Part shown: piece after piece, positions 60,361-64,000 of the stretch | Layout of the letters: each line of letters starts with the position of its first letter | Position numbering within the stretch: position 1 is the first letter of the stretch | Source: Flavobacteriales bacterium | GTDB lineage: Bacteria > Bacteroidota > Bacteroidia > Flavobacteriales_C > CBFIFL01 | Assembly: GCA_965661855.1 (NCBI GenBank) | Contig: CBFIFL010000004.1 | Coordinates: 7,147 to 71,146 of the forward strand | Length of the DNA: 64,000 nt | Direction of reading: 5' to 3' | Position numbers and translations under genes: made by a program | The notes under the pieces: model-generated | Told to the model about the DNA's origin: nothing | Database searches by the model: none | Seen by the model: only the letters and a program-made list of their open reading frames with translations

Positions 60361-60945
60361 CTAACAATTCCTCCCCAACAAAACTTCCTCAATATCCTCC
60401 AACTTAAAGCCCTTAGCTTTCAATAAAATCAAAAAGTGATACAGTAAATCAGCTGCTTCGTTTTTGAATAAAACATCATTGTCATCTTTTGCTTCAATTA
60501 CAATTTCTACTGCTTCTTCACCTACTTTTTGGGCGACTTTATTGATTCCTCTTTGGAATAGTTGATTGGTATATGAATCAGGATCGTTTTTGTCGATTTT
60601 ATCGTGAATGATAGATTCCAGTTCGTATAAAAAGCCTTTAGCGGTTTCTTCTGAGAAACATGTTTTAGCACCGGTATGACAAGTTGGTCCGGCGGGAGTG
60701 GCTTTGATTAAAACAGTGTCTTGATCACAGTCAATAATTATAGAATTAACTGTCAAGGTATTTCCTGAAACCTCTCCTTTGGTCCACAATCTTTCTTTAG
60801 ATCTGGAATAGAAGGTTACAAGACGTTCTGCTTTTGTTTTTTCAAAAGCCTCTTCGTTCATGTATCCCAACATTAAAACCTGAAGGGTGTTATTATCTTG
60901 AATGACAACGGGTACTAATCCGTTTCCTTTTTTGAAATCGATCAT
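60361..60945 (-). CDS. hisIE: bifunctional phosphoribosyl-AMP cyclohydrolase/phosphoribosyl-ATP pyrophosphatase
   Basis: HisI domain (VPVVIQD...TKGEVSGN...CHTG), then HisE. Confidence 0.88.
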   Translation of the reverse strand: MIDFKKGNGLVPVVIQDNNTLQVLMLGYMNEEAFEKTKAERLVTFYSRSKERLWTKGEVSGNTLTVNSIIIDCDQDTVLIKATPAGPTCHTGAKTCFSEETAKGFLYELESIIHDKIDKNDPDSYTNQLFQRGINKVAQKVGEEAVEIVIEAKDDNDVLFKNEAADLLYHFLILLKAKGFKLEDIEEVLLGRNC

Positions 60946-61694
60946 CTTATTGAAATGTTTTTTGATTTTAAATCTTGTTTTAAGTCGGGTATCGCTACTT
61001 CGGAGAAGTGAAAAATACTAGCTGCTAAAGCTGCAGAAACATCGGTTTTGGTGAAGACTTCAGAGAAGTGATTCGCGTTTCCAGCTCCTCCCGAAGCGAT
61101 AACTGGAATGTTGATTGATTTTGAAATCAAGTCGCAAATTTCAATGGCAAATCCATCTTTCGTTCCGTCGTTATTCATAGAGGTTAAAAGTATTTCTCCC
61201 GCTCCAAGTGATTCTACTTCTTTCGCCCAATCAAGGGTTAGGAGAGGAGTTTCTTCTCTTCCTCCTTTAACGAATACCTTCCATTCATCATTAATCCATT
61301 TAGTATCGATAGCTACTACTACGCATTGACTACCAAACTCGTCCGCTAATTCTTTTACTAGTCCCGGATTTTTAACTGCTGAAGAATTTACCGAGATTTT
61401 ATCTGCCCCTGAATCAATGATTCTTTTTGCATCTTCCACCGATGAAATTCCGCCGCCAACAGTGAAAGGAATATTAATGGTTTTAGCTACTTTTTGAACT
61501 AAATCTGCTAATGTCTTTCTTTTGTCAACGGTAGCGGTGATGTCTAAAAAGACTAATTCATCGGCTCCTTCGTCAACGTATCTTTTGGCTAATTCAACCG
61601 GATCACCAGCGTCAATAATATCCACGAAATTAACTCCTTTAACCGTCCTACCGTCTTGTATATCTAAACAGGGAATGATTCTCTTTTTTAGCAT
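60942..61694 (-). CDS. hisF: imidazole glycerol phosphate synthase cyclase subunit
   Basis: [17 protein letters not shown]. Confidence 0.93.
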   Translation of the reverse strand: MLKKRIIPCLDIQDGRTVKGVNFVDIIDAGDPVELAKRYVDEGADELVFLDITATVDKRKTLADLVQKVAKTINIPFTVGGGISSVEDAKRIIDSGADKISVNSSAVKNPGLVKELADEFGSQCVVVAIDTKWINDEWKVFVKGGREETPLLTLDWAKEVESLGAGEILLTSMNNDGTKDGFAIEICDLISKSINIPVIASGGAGNANHFSEVFTKTDVSAALAASIFHFSEVAIPDLKQDLKSKNISIR

Positions 61695-62401
61695 AACGTA
61701 CTTAATTCTTTAAGCGTGATTCTACCCTCGTAAATGGCTTTTCCGATGATTGCTCCATCACACTTCATTTCAATCAATTCTTCAATATCTTTCATGGAAG
61801 TGACTCCTCCGCTTGCAATTAACTTGATGTCAGCTTGGTCTAAAATATCTCTATATAAATCATTCGCTGAACCTTCCAACATACCGTCTTTACTGATGTC
61901 TGTACAAATTACGTATTCGATTCCTTTGGACTGATATTCTTTAATGAATGGGATTAGCTCCATTTCTGACGTTTCTAACCATCCATCTGTTGCAATCTTA
62001 CCGTTCATAGCATCTGCTCCAAGAATGATTTTTTCACTCCCGTAAGTCTTTATCCAAGATTCGAAAAGCTCGGCATCTTTTACAGCAATGCTTCCACCGG
62101 TGATTTGATTAGCTCCAGATTCAAATGCAATTTTAATGTCTTCGTCAGATTTGATTCCACCACCGAAGTCCACTTTTAAATTGGTCTTAACGCAAATCTG
62201 TTCTAATATTTTATAGTTGACCACATGCTTTGATTTAGCTCCATCTAAATCGACCAGGTGTAAATAATGAATACCTGCATCTTCAAATTCTTTAGCAACT
62301 TCTAAAGGATTCTCATTGTATATTTTCTTGGAGTTGTAATCTCCTTTACTCAATCTAACACACTTACCATCAATGATATCTATAGCTGGGATGATTCTCA
62401 T
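61688..62401 (-). CDS. hisA: ProFAR isomerase
   Basis: [17 protein letters not shown]. Confidence 0.92.
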   Translation of the reverse strand: MRIIPAIDIIDGKCVRLSKGDYNSKKIYNENPLEVAKEFEDAGIHYLHLVDLDGAKSKHVVNYKILEQICVKTNLKVDFGGGIKSDEDIKIAFESGANQITGGSIAVKDAELFESWIKTYGSEKIILGADAMNGKIATDGWLETSEMELIPFIKEYQSKGIEYVICTDISKDGMLEGSANDLYRDILDQADIKLIASGGVTSMKDIEELIEMKCDGAIIGKAIYEGRITLKELSTLC

Positions 62402-62976
62402 AAGTCAATAAAGTTTTTCAAAATTTGTTCACCAATTCCAGCCGATTTTTCTGGGTGAAATTGAGTCGCGTAAAAATTATCTTTTTCTAGCATGGCTGAA
62501 AAAGGGAGGATGTAGTTACTTTCTGCGCTAGTGTTTTCACAAATTTCAGCGTAAAAACTATGCACGTAATACACATTTGTGTCTGATTCAATTCCTTTTA
62601 AAAGGGGAGAAGACAGAGATCCTAAGTTATTCCAACCCATGTGCGGTACTTTATCCTGTGGTGGAAATTTCTTCACTTTAGTATCAAATACACCTATACA
62701 CGCCGTATTTCCTTCCTCGGAATACTCACAAAGCAATTGCATTCCTAAACAGATCCCTAAAAAAGGCTGAGTTAAGTTTTTAATGACTTCATCAAGTCCT
62801 CGTTCTTTTAAGTAATTCATTGCAGAACTAGCTTCTCCAACTCCTGGAAGAATAACCTTTTTAGCCGATTTTATTTCCTCCACTTTATCAGTAATAATAC
62901 TCTCTACTCCTAAACGATTTAAGGCGTTTTGGACAGATTCAACATTACCGGCGTTGTATTTTATAATAGCGATCAT
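62398..62976 (-). CDS. hisH: imidazole glycerol phosphate synthase glutaminase subunit
   Basis: Class-I GATase catalytic residues (GICLGMQ, H..E near the C-terminus). Confidence 0.92.
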   Translation of the reverse strand: MIAIIKYNAGNVESVQNALNRLGVESIITDKVEEIKSAKKVILPGVGEASSAMNYLKERGLDEVIKNLTQPFLGICLGMQLLCEYSEEGNTACIGVFDTKVKKFPPQDKVPHMGWNNLGSLSSPLLKGIESDTNVYYVHSFYAEICENTSAESNYILPFSAMLEKDNFYATQFHPEKSAGIGEQILKNFIDL

Positions 62977-64000
62977 AGACTTCCTTTTGTGCTTGGAATA
63001 CTATTTCCTCCTGTTTTACTTTTAGCCATTTTAATGGCTTTGGCAAGAGCTTTGAAAATAGATTCGATTTTGTGGTGCTCGTTATCTCCTTCAGATTTGA
63101 TATTCAAATTACATTTCGCTCCGTCTGAGAACGATTTAAAGAAGTGGAAGAACATTTCAGTTGGCATTTCTCCTACCTTTTCTCTTTTAAAATCAGCCTT
63201 CCAAACCAACCATGGTCGTCCGCCAAAATCTATGGCAACCTGACTTAAGCAATCGTCCATAGGTAAAAGGAATCCGTAACGCTCTATGCCTTTTTTTGAA
63301 CCTAAAGCTTCCGCAAAACATTCACCTAACGCGATGGCAGTGTCTTCAATCGTGTGGTGTTCGTCTACTTCTAAATCACCCTTAACCTTAATGTCTAAAT
63401 CCAGGTTTCCGTGTTTCGAAATTTGAGTCAACATGTGATCAAAGAAATCGATTCCTGTTGAAATATTAGAAACACCAGATCCATCTAGATTGATGTCTAT
63501 TTTGATATCAGTTTCACTTGTTTTTCTTTCAATAGAAGCTGTTCGGTCTTGATTCTTTAAGAAAGAATAAATTTCAGACCAATTCCATGTAGAAAGGACA
63601 GCTTCGTCTAGTTCATCACCAATGAAAATTCCTTTTGCTCCAAGGTTTGTTGCAAGTTCAACATCCGTTGCTCTATCTCCAATAACAAAAGAATTACCTA
63701 GATCATAATTACCGTAAATGTATTCATTTAGTAATCCGGTCCTCGGTTTTCGAGTTGGAGCATTTTCTTCAGGGAATGAGCGATCAATTAAGACCTCTTT
63801 GAATTCGATTCCTTCATTTTTGAATGCTTCAATGATTTTATTGTGAGTTGGCCAGAACGTGTCTTCAGGGAAGGATTTTGTCCCTAATCCATCTTGGTTT
63901 GTTACCATTACGATCTCAAAATCAAGTTCTTGAACGATTTTTGACAGCCATTGAAATACACCTGGGTAGTAGACTAGTTTTTCCAAAGAGTCTAATTGAA
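62973..64000 (-). CDS. hisB: bifunctional histidinol-phosphatase/imidazoleglycerol-phosphate dehydratase, 5'-truncated by the window edge
   Basis: C-terminal IGPD domain ([12 protein letters not shown]). The HAD-type phosphatase portion is present but lacks its N-terminal DxDGT motif, so the real start is beyond position 64000. The ORF-track Met at 63986 is internal. Confidence 0.85.
   Translation of the reverse strand, partial: QLDSLEKLVYYPGVFQWLSKIVQELDFEIVMVTNQDGLGTKSFPEDTFWPTHNKIIEAFKNEGIEFKEVLIDRSFPEENAPTRKPRTGLLNEYIYGNYDLGNSFVIGDRATDVELATNLGAKGIFIGDELDEAVLSTWNWSEIYSFLKNQDRTASIERKTSETDIKIDINLDGSGVSNISTGIDFFDHMLTQISKHGNLDLDIKVKGDLEVDEHHTIEDTAIALGECFAEALGSKKGIERYGFLLPMDDCLSQVAIDFGGRPWLVWKADFKREKVGEMPTEMFFHFFKSFSDGAKCNLNIKSEGDNEHHKIESIFKALAKAIKMAKSKTGGNSIPSTKGSL

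Overview
Low-GC chromosomal segment with Bacteroidetes (Flavobacteriia/Cytophagia-like) features: sigma-A promoters of the form TTTG-N(19-21)-TAnnTTTG, a T9SS/gliding gene set, a lysine-rich TopA tail, and a bifunctional hisB. Most of the window is densely packed housekeeping genes. These are rbfA plus a partial ftsX-like permease, pgk, a PpiD-like PPIase, coaX, tRNA-Phe, gpmI, initiator tRNA-fMet, groES-groEL, secG, miaB, topA, purD, an acyl-CoA carboxyltransferase, kbl, the rplM-rpsI-rpsB-tsf and pyrH-frr operons, sodA, gpx, and the hisB-H-A-F-IE operon (hisB runs off the 3' edge). The clearly recognisable system is a complete type IX secretion/gliding core: a PorP/SprF-like gene followed by gldK-gldL-gldM-gldN (26.8-32.7 kb). 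A more accessory-looking stretch at about 41-54 kb holds a stand-alone LytTR DNA-binding protein divergent from a small 4-TM membrane protein, an amidohydrolase, an S8 peptidase, a large beta-propeller/Y_Y_Y-type sensor fused to a PP2C (SpoIIE) phosphatase, a 1124-aa glycine-rich secreted protein with a T9SS type-B C-terminal sorting domain, a ZIP transporter, a methyltransferase, and a radical-SAM protein with an unusual Cys-rich N-terminus. Non-coding signals include several clean rho-independent terminators, Bacteroidetes-type promoters in front of both tRNAs and rplM, a 28-bp perfect inverted repeat at 59.76-59.84 kb, a 13-bp GC-rich perfect hairpin at 54.2 kb (partially echoed at the rplM 5' end), and a 22-nt perfect AT palindrome in the miaB/topA divergent region. 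No transposase, integrase or CRISPR array was seen. All calls come from reading the ORF translations and the sequence by eye; no searches were run.
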